From NCBI GenBank assembly GCA_022574775.1, contig JACZRI010000001.1, forward strand, positions 31,631-95,630: 64,000 nucleotides of DNA, in the 5' to 3' direction. The position numbers and the translations under genes were made by a program. Shown piece by piece: positions 23,636-33,180 of the stretch. How positions within the stretch are numbered: position 1 is the stretch's first letter; each line of letters begins with the position of its first letter. The notes under the pieces were generated by a model. That model ran no database searches. It was not told the DNA's origin and worked only from the letters and a program-made list of their open reading frames with translations. Origin of the DNA: Patescibacteria group bacterium (lineage in GTDB: Bacteria; Patescibacteriota; Minisyncoccia; Minisyncoccales; RBG-13-36-15).

Positions 23636-23838
23636 GAGGATTGATATTAAATCTTATTAAATTCTATCAAAAATTTTTCTCTTTTTATCTTGGAAAAGTT
23701 TGCCGATTTTACCCTTCGTGTTCGGAATATTACTATTTAGCGATAGAAAAATACGGAGTCTTTAGAGGCTCTTTTTTAGGGACAAAAAGGATATTGAAAT
23801 GCCATCCCTGGCATCAAGGGGGAGTTGACCCTCTATAA
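23632..23838 (+). CDS. yidD: Membrane protein insertion efficiency factor YidD
   Basis: 68 aa. Motifs [10 protein letters not shown] and [11 protein letters not shown]. Overlaps the rnpA stop by 4 nt. Confidence 0.85.
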   Translation: MRGLILNLIKFYQKFFSFYLGKVCRFYPSCSEYYYLAIEKYGVFRGSFLGTKRILKCHPWHQGGVDPL

Positions 23839-23875
23839 GAATTTAAAAATTTAAGAAACTGAAAAACTAAAATTT

Positions 23876-24604
23876 ATGGATCTATTTATAAATTTTTTTA
23901 ATGTAATTCTATTCCAACCGTTATTCAACGCCCTTGTTTTGTTATATATTTACCTGCCCGGGCGCGACTTTGGCGTGGCAGTCATTGTTTTAACTTTTTT
24001 AACCAGGATAATATTTTATCCTTTAGGAATGAAAGCCATCAAATCCCAAAAAGAACTTTCAGAGCTGCAGCCTAAAATAAAAGAAGTTCAGGAACAATAC
24101 AAAAACGACAAACAAAAACAAAGTAAAGCTTTAATGGAACTTTACAAAAAAGAGAAAATAAACCCTTTTTCCGGATGTTTGCCTATATTAATTCAACTCC
24201 CAATTCTCATTGCTCTTTACCAGGTATTTTGGAAGGGGCTGCAGCCAGAGGCAATGGCTAATCTTTATTCCTTTGTGCAATTCCCCGGCGTAATTGATCC
24301 GACCCTTTTCGGGTTATTAAACCTTTCCACTCCAAGTTTAGGATTAGCTATTGCGGCCGGGATTCTACAGTTTTTCCAGACAAAAATGTTGGCTCCTCTC
24401 CAGAAATCCAGCGGTGGACAAAAAAAAGGAACCTCTGATTTCTCCCAGCTTATGCAAAAACAAATGCTTTATTTTTTCCCAATTTTTACCGTTGTTATTT
24501 TATTAAGACTCCCTTCTGCCATCGCTCTTTATTGGCTGGTTACCTCAATGTTTTCAATTTTCCAGCAATATTTAGTATTCAATAAAAAAGCGCAAACCGT
24601 TTAA
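23876..24604 (+). CDS. yidC: Membrane protein insertase YidC (short form)
   Basis: 242 aa, multi-TM. Motifs LQPKIKEVQEQYKNDKQKQSKALMELYKKEKINPFSGCLPILIQLPI. Confidence 0.85.
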   Translation: MDLFINFFNVILFQPLFNALVLLYIYLPGRDFGVAVIVLTFLTRIIFYPLGMKAIKSQKELSELQPKIKEVQEQYKNDKQKQSKALMELYKKEKINPFSGCLPILIQLPILIALYQVFWKGLQPEAMANLYSFVQFPGVIDPTLFGLLNLSTPSLGLAIAAGILQFFQTKMLAPLQKSSGGQKKGTSDFSQLMQKQMLYFFPIFTVVILLRLPSAIALYWLVTSMFSIFQQYLVFNKKAQTV

Positions 24605-24636
24605 TTTCTGTATAAAGCGTCAATTATTGCAAAAAT

Positions 24637-25098
24637 ATGACTGTTGATATTGATTCAGAAAAAATAAAAAACATAACGAAAGAATTTTTTGATAAAATGG
24701 GTTTTGAAGTTGATGTTGAGGTGAAGGTTTTTGAAGAAAACACCCTGCCCGTTGATGTACAAATAGAAGATCCGAAGATTTTGATTGGAGAAGGCGGAAA
24801 AACATTGGCTGAAATTCAGCATCTTTTAAAAGCGATCTTGATGAAAGAAGTAAAATCACCCTTTTTTTTCCATTTAGATATCAACGAATATAAAAAGAAA
24901 AAATATCAATATCTAAGAGAATTGGCAAAATCAATTGCAGACGAAGTCGCACTTACAAAAAAAGAGAGGGCTTTATCTCCTATGCCGGCCGCAGAAAGGA
25001 GAATAATTCATCTGGAGTTGGCAGAAAGGCAAGATGTTGTTTCAGAAAGTATTGACCAGGGCTTTGAAAGAAGGATAGTTATTAAACCGCATCCTTAA
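24637..25098 (+). CDS. jag: Jag/KhpB-like RNA-binding protein (KH + R3H)
   Basis: 153 aa. R3H region PMPAAERRIIHLELAERQDV. Canonical position after yidC. Confidence 0.75.
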   Translation: MTVDIDSEKIKNITKEFFDKMGFEVDVEVKVFEENTLPVDVQIEDPKILIGEGGKTLAEIQHLLKAILMKEVKSPFFFHLDINEYKKKKYQYLRELAKSIADEVALTKKERALSPMPAAERRIIHLELAERQDVVSESIDQGFERRIVIKPHP

Positions 25099-25123
25099 AA
25101 TAAAACAGTAAATATCTCAATCA

Positions 25124-25146
25124 AAAATCGCCGCAAAGGCGATTTT
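25124..25146. terminator. Bidirectional terminator between jag and the T4SS-like locus
   Basis: aaaatcgcc-gcaaa-ggcgatttt. Confidence 0.6.
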
Positions 25147-25172
25147 CTTTAGATACTAATTTTATCTATTAT

Positions 25173-26675
25173 TCAAGGGGATATAGGTATAACTAGCATA
25201 AACTTGGTTTGATTATCACCAATATGTTGATCTTTTAGCCTTAAAACAGTTTTTCTAAAAACTTGCCCTCTTCCATCATCTCTAAATAAAACAGCAATAT
25301 AGTTACCTTCTATTTTAATTGAAGATACTTGATTAGGAGGAAAAACGCTACAATCAGTTATCCAGCGGGGTTTTTCTATAACTTGGGAAACATACATACC
25401 GCACGCTAAGCCATTTTCGTCTAAATTCAAATTTTCATGTTCATAAAGAGCTACCCCGCCCGGAGAGATTTCATTTCCCATCCATTGCTTGAAAACAGCA
25501 ATAGATGAAACGCTTGTGCCAACAGTATTTTGACAAAAAGAACTAAACATATTATTACCGCAGGGTTCCCCTCCATCATTTAAAGTTATACATTGCGGGG
25601 ACCAGGTTTCGGTTGAGCCTCCAAAAAAAACTTCAGCATCATGACGAAAATTATTATCTTCATACAAGATTGCCCCGAATTTATCAACAGGGACTGTTTT
25701 TTGACAATTTGTATACGTGGCTAAATCTGCGCATTGTATAAGACCGTCGGGGTGGTTATTACATGCGTCAAAAATAGGGTCGGTAGATCCGAACCCGCAC
25801 GTTATTCTTGTTTTTGACACTATCTTCATAGATTTTGCTTTATCAGTAAAATCACCAAGATCAGCAATATCAGTGACAAAAAGTTTGGGGTTTTCTTTAC
25901 ACTCGGTATCAGTAAAAAGATAGACCCCTGGCAATTTCCAGATTAATTGGATGGATTTACTTGCAGAGGGTACAGCGAAACAATCACCGCTGCTAAAAGG
26001 ATAAGGAGCAGCATCTTTTTCAGAATCCCAAACAGGGTTCTCTCCTGCAGGTTCGGGCCCGTAAAATCCTTCACCGAAAATTTTTACTTGCAGTTCATTA
26101 TTGGAGCTATAAAAATAAATCGATTTTGTTTTATTATTGAATCCTCCAACCGCAGGATCTCCCAACGAAGACATACTACCCCTCACTCTGAGAAAATCTT
26201 TGTCTACCACCAGTCCTGCTGCTTCTGGGTTGGCATTTCCTGGACAGCCCAGGTTTGTGTACAAAATAACTCCTTTTGCAAACTCCTTTTTCTCTATCGT
26301 TAAAGTTACCAACTGAGGGTTGAGCTGAATGAGAAACAAATAGGCTGTGATTAAAATAAGCAAACCTAAAATTCCAGCTGTAATCTGGCTTCTTGCATCA
26401 GACATTACAGTCGGGTTTCCCGCTGAAGCCAGATAGCGGAGTCCTCCATATACCAGGCTGATAAAAGCAACGAAACCGGCAATAATAAGAGCAAAGTTAA
26501 AAAGAAATTGAATATATTCTGGCAAGAGAGTCTTGACTGTTGTTGGGGTTTCAGCTCTGGGAACCTGAGGATAGATCTGTTCTAACTCTTGAGCCAGCAC
26601 CAAACCGCCAAAAACCAAAAACCAAAAACTAACAAAAACTAAGATACAAAGTATTTTTTTAAAATATTTCATCAT
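25173..26675 (-). CDS. Secreted or membrane protein: N-terminal VirB2/TrbC-like pilin domain fused to a ~370-aa Cys-rich beta-rich domain
   Basis: Signal peptide. Pilin-like module LPEYIQFLFNFALIIAGFVAFISLVYGGLRYLASAGNPTVMSDARSQITAGILGLLILITAYLFLIQLNP: two hydrophobic helices separated by a short polar loop. The ATG at 26675 overlaps the upstream TGA (ATGA). Confidence 0.7.
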   Translation of the reverse strand: MMKYFKKILCILVFVSFWFLVFGGLVLAQELEQIYPQVPRAETPTTVKTLLPEYIQFLFNFALIIAGFVAFISLVYGGLRYLASAGNPTVMSDARSQITAGILGLLILITAYLFLIQLNPQLVTLTIEKKEFAKGVILYTNLGCPGNANPEAAGLVVDKDFLRVRGSMSSLGDPAVGGFNNKTKSIYFYSSNNELQVKIFGEGFYGPEPAGENPVWDSEKDAAPYPFSSGDCFAVPSASKSIQLIWKLPGVYLFTDTECKENPKLFVTDIADLGDFTDKAKSMKIVSKTRITCGFGSTDPIFDACNNHPDGLIQCADLATYTNCQKTVPVDKFGAILYEDNNFRHDAEVFFGGSTETWSPQCITLNDGGEPCGNNMFSSFCQNTVGTSVSSIAVFKQWMGNEISPGGVALYEHENLNLDENGLACGMYVSQVIEKPRWITDCSVFPPNQVSSIKIEGNYIAVLFRDDGRGQVFRKTVLRLKDQHIGDNQTKFMLVIPISP

Positions 26676-27502
26676 GGGGTTCTTGGCCTGCAGCAAAAGA
26701 AATTCCTTGGATTACTACAATCTTGTCCTGCCGGCAAAATTTTATAAAATTTTGCATTCTCACAAGTAACTATAGTCTCGATTAGCTGAACCGTTTCTCC
26801 TGCTACATAACCTGAAGCTGGAAGCGCGCATTGTTCTAATGCAGTTCTTGCCGCCTCTAGTTTTGCTATAATACCGGGCCTTGTCGCTATGGCAGCGTTT
26901 ATTGCCGCTTCATTTGCAAGAATAAGAGGGTATAAAGCAGAAATTTGGCTGACATTAGCTGCGGCTTCAGCCATTAATGCAGGGTCGCAAGCATCTCCTG
27001 TGCAAGGCGAAATATTGCACTGAGAAACTTGTTGGCATGTTGTTTCTTGCCAGCAATACTCAGTTGAACAAAGCGGTGCTCCTAAGAATGGGAGACAAAT
27101 TTCTTCCTCTGTACAGCTTTCTCCTGGGGGGCAAGATGACCCACAATGTTCGTTCGTTGTGCACTCGGTGTGATAAGTAACATCACAGCCAGCCTGGCAG
27201 TTCTCTGCCTTGCATTCATTCGGAAGATCAAGCCCATGAATTGTATAAGCTGACGCAACCTGCTGTCCACCCCTGCTTAGCATTTGGTCGGCATTACTTG
27301 TTACAGTATTCACCAATACAATTGCTTCATCAAGAGCTTCCCCAATGGGAATTTCTTCTCCGCAGTCCCAAATCACTTCTCCCTGCGCCAAAGTTCCCTC
27401 TTCTTTATTATAAGGAAAAGTGAAAGCAAAGAGAAGCAGTACCAATATAGAAAGAAGGAAGATAAATTTTTTATACTTTTGAAAATGAAACTTCATAACC
27501 AT
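26672..27502 (-). CDS. Secreted Cys-rich protein, paralogous to the middle region of the 27521..29743 protein
   Basis: Signal peptide. EIPIGEALDEAIVL..., a dense Cys cluster, and ...DACDPALMAEAAANV...RPGIIAKLEAARTALEQC. These parallel YEIPIGQLIENALEP...DPCPNRAGIIAAKNAL in the next gene. Confidence 0.6.
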   Translation of the reverse strand: MVMKFHFQKYKKFIFLLSILVLLLFAFTFPYNKEEGTLAQGEVIWDCGEEIPIGEALDEAIVLVNTVTSNADQMLSRGGQQVASAYTIHGLDLPNECKAENCQAGCDVTYHTECTTNEHCGSSCPPGESCTEEEICLPFLGAPLCSTEYCWQETTCQQVSQCNISPCTGDACDPALMAEAAANVSQISALYPLILANEAAINAAIATRPGIIAKLEAARTALEQCALPASGYVAGETVQLIETIVTCENAKFYKILPAGQDCSNPRNFFCCRPRTP

Positions 27503-27520
27503 ATAAAATTTGTTTGATTA

Positions 27521-29743
27521 TTAACACTGGACAGCAAAATCGGTGCATAGATTAGAAGCACTCGTGACAGAGATGCACTCAATTCCCAAACATTCGATAG
27601 GAAGGGCATTCAAAGAATGTATTACCCCGTTTGGATAGTACGCAAAATGGAGGTGGTCACCAAAGGAATGGCCGGTATCATCAACAAAGCCAATGAGATC
27701 ACCTTTTGAAACCACTCTCCCGCCAGCAGGGATATCTGGGGCTACATCTGTATGACTGGTTTCTGTGAGATGGGCATAAACAAAAATTCCAGCTGATTCT
27801 CCTGTTTGAGGGTTAGTTGCCTGAAGGATAACATAAAAACCAAGTCCGTGTCCGTCGCTCCCTAATCCAAAAGCATTCCCATCAGCGACAGCATAAACCG
27901 GAGCACCCCTGACCGTACCCAAATCCATCCCATCATGGTAATATCCATCTGCCCTACAATAAGAGTGCCAACCGCCGCTAAAAGAAAAACTTTCTGGGTC
28001 AAGCGGACAACCTGCTAACCCAGGAGGAAGGGCGCTAGGAAATGTAGTACAGTTACCACTTGGAGCTGCTGGATTTAATTGCTCTTCTCCTGCAGCGGGA
28101 ATTAAATCCATATATATATCAAAGAAAACTGTCCAAAAATCAGGATTCTCGTCTCCTACGCCACTAAGAAGACAGCTGTTAGGTCCTCCAGACCAGCAGC
28201 GCATAAATCCACAAAACTCATTATTATTCCCAGTGGAGCATGTTGAAGGTCCGCAATTTCCTGTAGCTGGATCTGTTGTTGCAGCAAAACAACTTAGTTG
28301 ATCAACTATATTTGAAGTACCGTCTAAACATCCTAAAACAGAACAGTTGCCTCCGCCAGGAGGACATGCTATGCCATCTCTATCCCATCCTCCTTCCTCT
28401 TTCCATAGAGCCAAAATGAAGGCCGGATTCCATCCATTAGTATCTGCCCAATCTATTACATAGTCCCAGCAGTCTTTTCCCCCGGGACAAGAACCGTCAT
28501 CTATTTCTGGGTTAAAACTCACAAACTCACCTTTCCTGCCTTTAAGGAAACTTATCAGCTCTGGACTGCTATAATGTATATCAATTTTACACTCATCACA
28601 AACAGCGAGTGTATCAAACCGTGGAAAAGCAGGAAATCTTCCACCAGCCAATAAGCTGCTTATTTCTTCCTCATCAGTATAAAAAGTAGCAGGGTCGCCA
28701 AGGCCGCGAGTTCTCTGTCCTAAAACAACAAAAGGAATAACTTTTATTTCTTTCCCCGTTTGTATTATGGTTTGTTTTGTTTCTAAAAAGCTATCGTAAT
28801 TTACTGGAAAAATAGTTTGGTTGAATATTTCAGCCCCTATTTCTAATCTCTGTTCATCCTTTTTTAATGAAGTAAGTGGAGGGAGCATTGTTTCTATTGT
28901 TGCTGCCAAATTGTCAGCTAATCCTGGCAAAGCATTTTTTGCTGCAATAATACCAGCTCTATTCGGGCAAGGATCGTTTACGCATTGGGCTGTTGGTGGC
29001 GGAAGTGGAGCTGGGCAAGCTTGGCCTAACCCAGAAGCTACACAGCTGAAAGTAGGATTCGTATTATTACAGGAGCATTGGTTAAGTAAGTTCCAAAACT
29101 CCTCAGCTTTGTTTTTTAAGATTCCAGAGTCATTGCTAATTTGGCTTGCAATAGCAGTAATCGTACTTAACCTCACTGGTTCCAAGGCGTTTTCAATTAA
29201 TTGTCCAATAGGAATTTCATAGACCCTAAAAGTTATGGCTGTCAATTCAATTTGAGTGCAATCTTCAGGACAGCTTTCGTACTCTCCCAGCTCACATCTA
29301 TTGTTTCCACAAACCGTCACAATTTCTGGAAGTGGCGCATCGAGACGGAAAACGGCAAGCTGTGGGTTCACTATTACTAAAAAGAGATAAGAGCCCAACA
29401 AAATAATCAGGCCTAAAATTCCAGCTGTGATTTGATCTCTCGCGTCTGCCATTGCAGCCGGCGAGCCAACTGAAAACATATAACGGAGTCCTCCGTACAC
29501 TAAAGAAAAAAAGGCCACAAGCCCTGCAATAATTATGGAAAAATTGTATAAAAATTTTATATATTCTGGCAAAGTAGGTTCTGCTGAAAGGGGTGCGCCT
29601 GGGATTGTTGGATATTCAACCTCTAAATCTTGAGCAAACGCCTCGAAATTCGCCGCAAGAGGCGAATTTGAAAGGATAAAGAAAGCGAAGACCGAAAGAG
29701 TAAAAATGAGAAAAAATAATAATTTCTTTTTTCTAAACCTCAT
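27521..29743 (-). CDS. Secreted multidomain protein: VirB2/TrbC-like pilin domain + Cys-rich module + central domain + C-terminal M23 peptidase
   Basis: Pilin-like LPEYIKFLYNFSIIIAGLVAFFSLVYGGLRYMFSVGSPAAMADARDQITAGILGLIILLGSYLFLVIVNP. M23 motifs HDGMD and GHSFGDHLHF. The ATG at 29743 (MRFRKKK) lies 1 nt after the upstream TAA. Confidence 0.75.
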   Translation of the reverse strand: MRFRKKKLLFFLIFTLSVFAFFILSNSPLAANFEAFAQDLEVEYPTIPGAPLSAEPTLPEYIKFLYNFSIIIAGLVAFFSLVYGGLRYMFSVGSPAAMADARDQITAGILGLIILLGSYLFLVIVNPQLAVFRLDAPLPEIVTVCGNNRCELGEYESCPEDCTQIELTAITFRVYEIPIGQLIENALEPVRLSTITAIASQISNDSGILKNKAEEFWNLLNQCSCNNTNPTFSCVASGLGQACPAPLPPPTAQCVNDPCPNRAGIIAAKNALPGLADNLAATIETMLPPLTSLKKDEQRLEIGAEIFNQTIFPVNYDSFLETKQTIIQTGKEIKVIPFVVLGQRTRGLGDPATFYTDEEEISSLLAGGRFPAFPRFDTLAVCDECKIDIHYSSPELISFLKGRKGEFVSFNPEIDDGSCPGGKDCWDYVIDWADTNGWNPAFILALWKEEGGWDRDGIACPPGGGNCSVLGCLDGTSNIVDQLSCFAATTDPATGNCGPSTCSTGNNNEFCGFMRCWSGGPNSCLLSGVGDENPDFWTVFFDIYMDLIPAAGEEQLNPAAPSGNCTTFPSALPPGLAGCPLDPESFSFSGGWHSYCRADGYYHDGMDLGTVRGAPVYAVADGNAFGLGSDGHGLGFYVILQATNPQTGESAGIFVYAHLTETSHTDVAPDIPAGGRVVSKGDLIGFVDDTGHSFGDHLHFAYYPNGVIHSLNALPIECLGIECISVTSASNLCTDFAVQC

Positions 29744-29744
29744 T

Positions 29745-30134
29745 TTATTGTTGTAATTCAAAATAAACAGCTATAATCCAGAGTGGAAGTATTCCTACAA
29801 TTGGGATAAACTCGCCAATTATAAGAAGAGGTCTTAACCACTTCATTTTTTTTGCCCATTTGGCTATTTTTCCCATTCTACCTGCCGCTCTTCCTGTCAC
29901 CTGAACGGTTTGAGACCGAAAAAACATCCAGCCTCCAATAAAAATTAGCCCAAAAATATCTACGCCATAAGAAAGAATGTTTCCAATTACTGGAATTAAA
30001 TCAATTAACCCTGCCAAGTCAACAAGAACAGCCAGGGTTAACATTAAAATTCCCTCTGGGCTAAACAAAGCTCCCTGTTTTTGAGCTTCAGCGGCTTCTG
30101 TTCCTGTTTCCGAAATTTGAGCAACTTCCGCCAT
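29745..30134 (-). CDS. Small polytopic membrane protein of the T4SS-like operon
   Basis: 129 aa, 3-4 hydrophobic segments. Its start overlaps the VirB4 stop (TAATG). Confidence 0.55.
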   Translation of the reverse strand: MAEVAQISETGTEAAEAQKQGALFSPEGILMLTLAVLVDLAGLIDLIPVIGNILSYGVDIFGLIFIGGWMFFRSQTVQVTGRAAGRMGKIAKWAKKMKWLRPLLIIGEFIPIVGILPLWIIAVYFELQQ

Positions 30135-31951
30135 TATTTTAATCCTTTATTGGGTAATTTTTCTTTAGCAAGTTCCTTCTTAGCTTTTCTAATTTTTAAA
30201 ACTTCTTCAGGAGCTGTGGTAATTAACTGGTCTTCGCTATAAGAAGCAACAACTTTAATTGCCACATGTTTTTGTCCTGCAAAGAATAAGCCTTCCCCTA
30301 CTGCCGACTCCAGTAATAGATATTTTTCCTCGTCAGTTAAATTAAAAGTCTTTTTTACTATATCAATAGTTGCAGGACTCTGTTTCATTATCATTTGCAG
30401 AGAGGAGTTTGCAATAATCGGCTGGCCGTATTCAGATTTCATAAAATCTGAAACATCCTGAGTGATAGTTGTGACTCCCAGCCAGTATTTTCTTGCCCTC
30501 TTTGCAGTCCCGTATAAAAAGGAAGCTCCATCTCCAGTCTGCATTAACCACCAGGCCTCGTCTACAATCAAAATCCTTTTTTTCAGTTTTGAGCGGACAG
30601 TGTTCCAGATGTACCGTAGAACAATAAACATTGCCATTGGCCTTAATTCTTCTTCCATATCTCTGATTCCAAAGCACACAAATTGATTGTTCATATTAAT
30701 ATTTGAAGGCTGATTGAAAAAACTGGAATAAGTTCCCTTGGTAAACTTCCTGATTCTTCTTACTAAACTTTCTCCTCCTTCCATTGTATCCAAGACTGCC
30801 TCAAGGTCTGACATTAATGGAATTCTGTCGTGCCAAGTAGCAGGATCCGAATCTGTGGTAATATCCTTTGCGTTATAGGTTTCTGTGAGCGCCTGGTCAA
30901 TAATTGCATCTTCTTCCGGAGTCAAGCCACCGAGCATAATTCTTAACAATCCTACCAAGTTAATGATATTGGACCTTAAAATGTCTTCCGGTCTTTCGTC
31001 TTCTCTCGGAGTTGGTAAATCAAAAGGATTGAGGTGATGAGGAGAGGTTAAAGACATTTTAAAATAAGAACCTTCCACTGCGTCAGATAAAAATTCATAT
31101 TCATGTTCCGGGTCTATTATTATTACATCCACTCCCTGCATTAGATACCTAAGAATTTCTAATTTGATGGCGTAGGATTTTCCAGATCCTGCCTTCCCGA
31201 AAACGACTTCATTCGCGTTCTCTAAGGTGAACCTGTCAAATAGAATCAAAGAATTATTATGCCTGTTGATTCCGTACAGAATCCCTTCGCCGGATGAAAG
31301 ATCAAAAGAGAGAAAAGGAAAAAATGAAGAGAGGGGAGCAGTGTTCATCGGGGTTGAGACTTGTAGAAGATCTAAACCAGAAGGAGAACAGCAAATAAAC
31401 CCTTCCTTTTGCTGAAAGAGGGCTGGCTTAAGAAAGATTAATCTTGATTCAAAGATAGACCTTAAAACTGTTTCTGTGTTCCTCAAGTCTTTTTCTGTGT
31501 CACCGTAAATAGTCAGATAGAGCCCGAATTTGAACATTCTTTCCTGGGCAGACTGGAGTTTATCTCTTAGACCTTCCAGGTCCCGGTAAGCAATTTCTAA
31601 AACTGGATCTCTGATTAATCCTTTACCCTCTCTTTCCATAATTTGAGCTTGAACCTCGGTTACTTTCTTTCTAAGTTGTTTTAAAACTTTATCTGTCTCA
31701 ATAGGATGGACAAACATCGATACATCAATTGGAGTTTCAAGGTTAATTACCGGTGACAGCCAGCCAGAATTTATATATCTTGGAAAAGAGAAAGCAAAAA
31801 AGGATCTAGCAAATCTCTCGCCAAATTTAAGATGACTTTGACCGACTTCAATAGAGGCGGGCGCAATAATGTCTAGAGCAGTAATAGCTTCACGCTCAAA
31901 GATTCTTTCTGGAAGCTCTATTTCTTGTTTTTTAAAAAATGGCAGTTTCAT
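30134..31951 (-). CDS. virB4: VirB4/TrbE-family type IV secretion ATPase
   Basis: Walker A FGKAGSGKSY, Walker B RILIVDEAWW. The N-terminal segment ...FARSFFAFSFPRYINSGWL... is typical of VirB4. 605 aa. Confidence 0.8.
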   Translation of the reverse strand: MKLPFFKKQEIELPERIFEREAITALDIIAPASIEVGQSHLKFGERFARSFFAFSFPRYINSGWLSPVINLETPIDVSMFVHPIETDKVLKQLRKKVTEVQAQIMEREGKGLIRDPVLEIAYRDLEGLRDKLQSAQERMFKFGLYLTIYGDTEKDLRNTETVLRSIFESRLIFLKPALFQQKEGFICCSPSGLDLLQVSTPMNTAPLSSFFPFLSFDLSSGEGILYGINRHNNSLILFDRFTLENANEVVFGKAGSGKSYAIKLEILRYLMQGVDVIIIDPEHEYEFLSDAVEGSYFKMSLTSPHHLNPFDLPTPREDERPEDILRSNIINLVGLLRIMLGGLTPEEDAIIDQALTETYNAKDITTDSDPATWHDRIPLMSDLEAVLDTMEGGESLVRRIRKFTKGTYSSFFNQPSNINMNNQFVCFGIRDMEEELRPMAMFIVLRYIWNTVRSKLKKRILIVDEAWWLMQTGDGASFLYGTAKRARKYWLGVTTITQDVSDFMKSEYGQPIIANSSLQMIMKQSPATIDIVKKTFNLTDEEKYLLLESAVGEGLFFAGQKHVAIKVVASYSEDQLITTAPEEVLKIRKAKKELAKEKLPNKGLK

Positions 31952-32013
31952 AAATTAGTAGCTAAGTAGTAAGTATCTAAGATTTTATATAAAATACCAT
32001 CTACGAAATATAC

Positions 32014-32655
32014 CTATACAATGAGCTCCGGCGGTATTTCTGGGTAATAGCCAAATTCTGCTTCTTTTGGATGATGGGTTCTCCAGAAAAGCTCAATAAG
32101 CTCTTCTGTGGTCAAGGGCACAGCTTTCAATCCGCACCTTCTTAATCCAAGGGCCACAAATTCCACTCTTTGCCATAGCTGGGATTTACACCTTTGAAAT
32201 TCCTCTACAGTTAAGACTCGTGCCCTCTTTCTTTTTAACAACCTGGTACCTGCAGCTGGTCCCAGTGCTTCAAAAAGGGAAAATGGCACAATGACAAAGA
32301 ATGACTTGTTCATTATTGTTCCTGCCCCCACCAAGTTTTTAATAAAGTTATAGTATTCAGAGGTTTGGATTTTCAGTAATTCATTTTTTTGCTCTGTCTC
32401 TAATTCTTTTATTTTTTCTAAATACCCGGTAATATTTAATCTTCGCGACTGAACCAAGAATTGTGTGGAAAAATCCAGGGAATTTAAAAAGTTCTGGAAC
32501 TGATACGTAATTGCCTGCTGTTCCTCGTCAGACTTTAGGGCAAAATTCAAAGAAGAAACCATTAAAACTCCCCGTAAAGCCTGGTTCTTAAGGATAATTG
32601 TACCTTCTTTAATTTTGCTAATTGCCAAAAATTGTTGCGTAGATGACTGTGCCAT
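32014..32655 (-). CDS. Hypothetical soluble protein of the T4SS-like operon (possibly a detached VirB4 N-terminal module)
   Basis: 213 aa with no TM. The pattern ISKIKEGTIILKNQALRGVLMVSSLNFALKSDEEQQAITYQFQNFLNSLDF resembles, from memory, the N-terminus of Gram-positive VirB4-like ATPases. Confidence 0.5.
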   Translation of the reverse strand: MAQSSTQQFLAISKIKEGTIILKNQALRGVLMVSSLNFALKSDEEQQAITYQFQNFLNSLDFSTQFLVQSRRLNITGYLEKIKELETEQKNELLKIQTSEYYNFIKNLVGAGTIMNKSFFVIVPFSLFEALGPAAGTRLLKRKRARVLTVEEFQRCKSQLWQRVEFVALGLRRCGLKAVPLTTEELIELFWRTHHPKEAEFGYYPEIPPELIV

Positions 32656-32659
32656 ATTT

Positions 32660-33079
32660 TTACTTAGTTCTCGTTTCTATCTGAGTTGATAAATTGCTTA
32701 ATTTACTTTTTTTGCTCATTTTAAGCGAGCTTATTTTATCAATCTCTTCTTTTTTCAATCCTACCTCTTCTTTTTTGAGTATAATTTTTGGCGGGATTCT
32801 TTTTTTCTGCCAAATGTAAAGCTTGGAAGAGATAGTGAAAACAACAAAATTAGTCAGCACAGCAAAGATATTTCGTCCTCCAATTTTCAAGAAAGCAAAA
32901 ACTACGGCTAATCCCAATAAGAAAATACTAATCACTAAAAATAAAAATAAATGCTTAATTGTAAAATAAAGAAAAAAGATAACAATTCCAGCGCCTCCAA
33001 TCAAAAGAAATTGCCTCCAAGTGAGAGGACCTACAATTTTGGGAGATTGTTCAATAAATTGAGGGATGGTGAATTCCAT
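32660..33079 (-). CDS. PrgI-family (VirB3-like) small membrane protein
   Basis: 139 aa. IPQFIEQSPKIVGPLTWRQFLLIGG is followed by two TM helices. It sits just upstream of the VirB4-type genes, as in Gram-positive conjugation loci. Confidence 0.65.
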   Translation of the reverse strand: MEFTIPQFIEQSPKIVGPLTWRQFLLIGGAGIVIFFLYFTIKHLFLFLVISIFLLGLAVVFAFLKIGGRNIFAVLTNFVVFTISSKLYIWQKKRIPPKIILKKEEVGLKKEEIDKISSLKMSKKSKLSNLSTQIETRTK

Positions 33080-33180
33080 AATCGCTTCGTTAAATTAAAA
33101 TTTTAAAATGAAAAATGAAAAACTATAATCTAAAATCTTGATTTTTTATCATTTTTCTTTTTTCGCTTTTAGTTTTTCAT

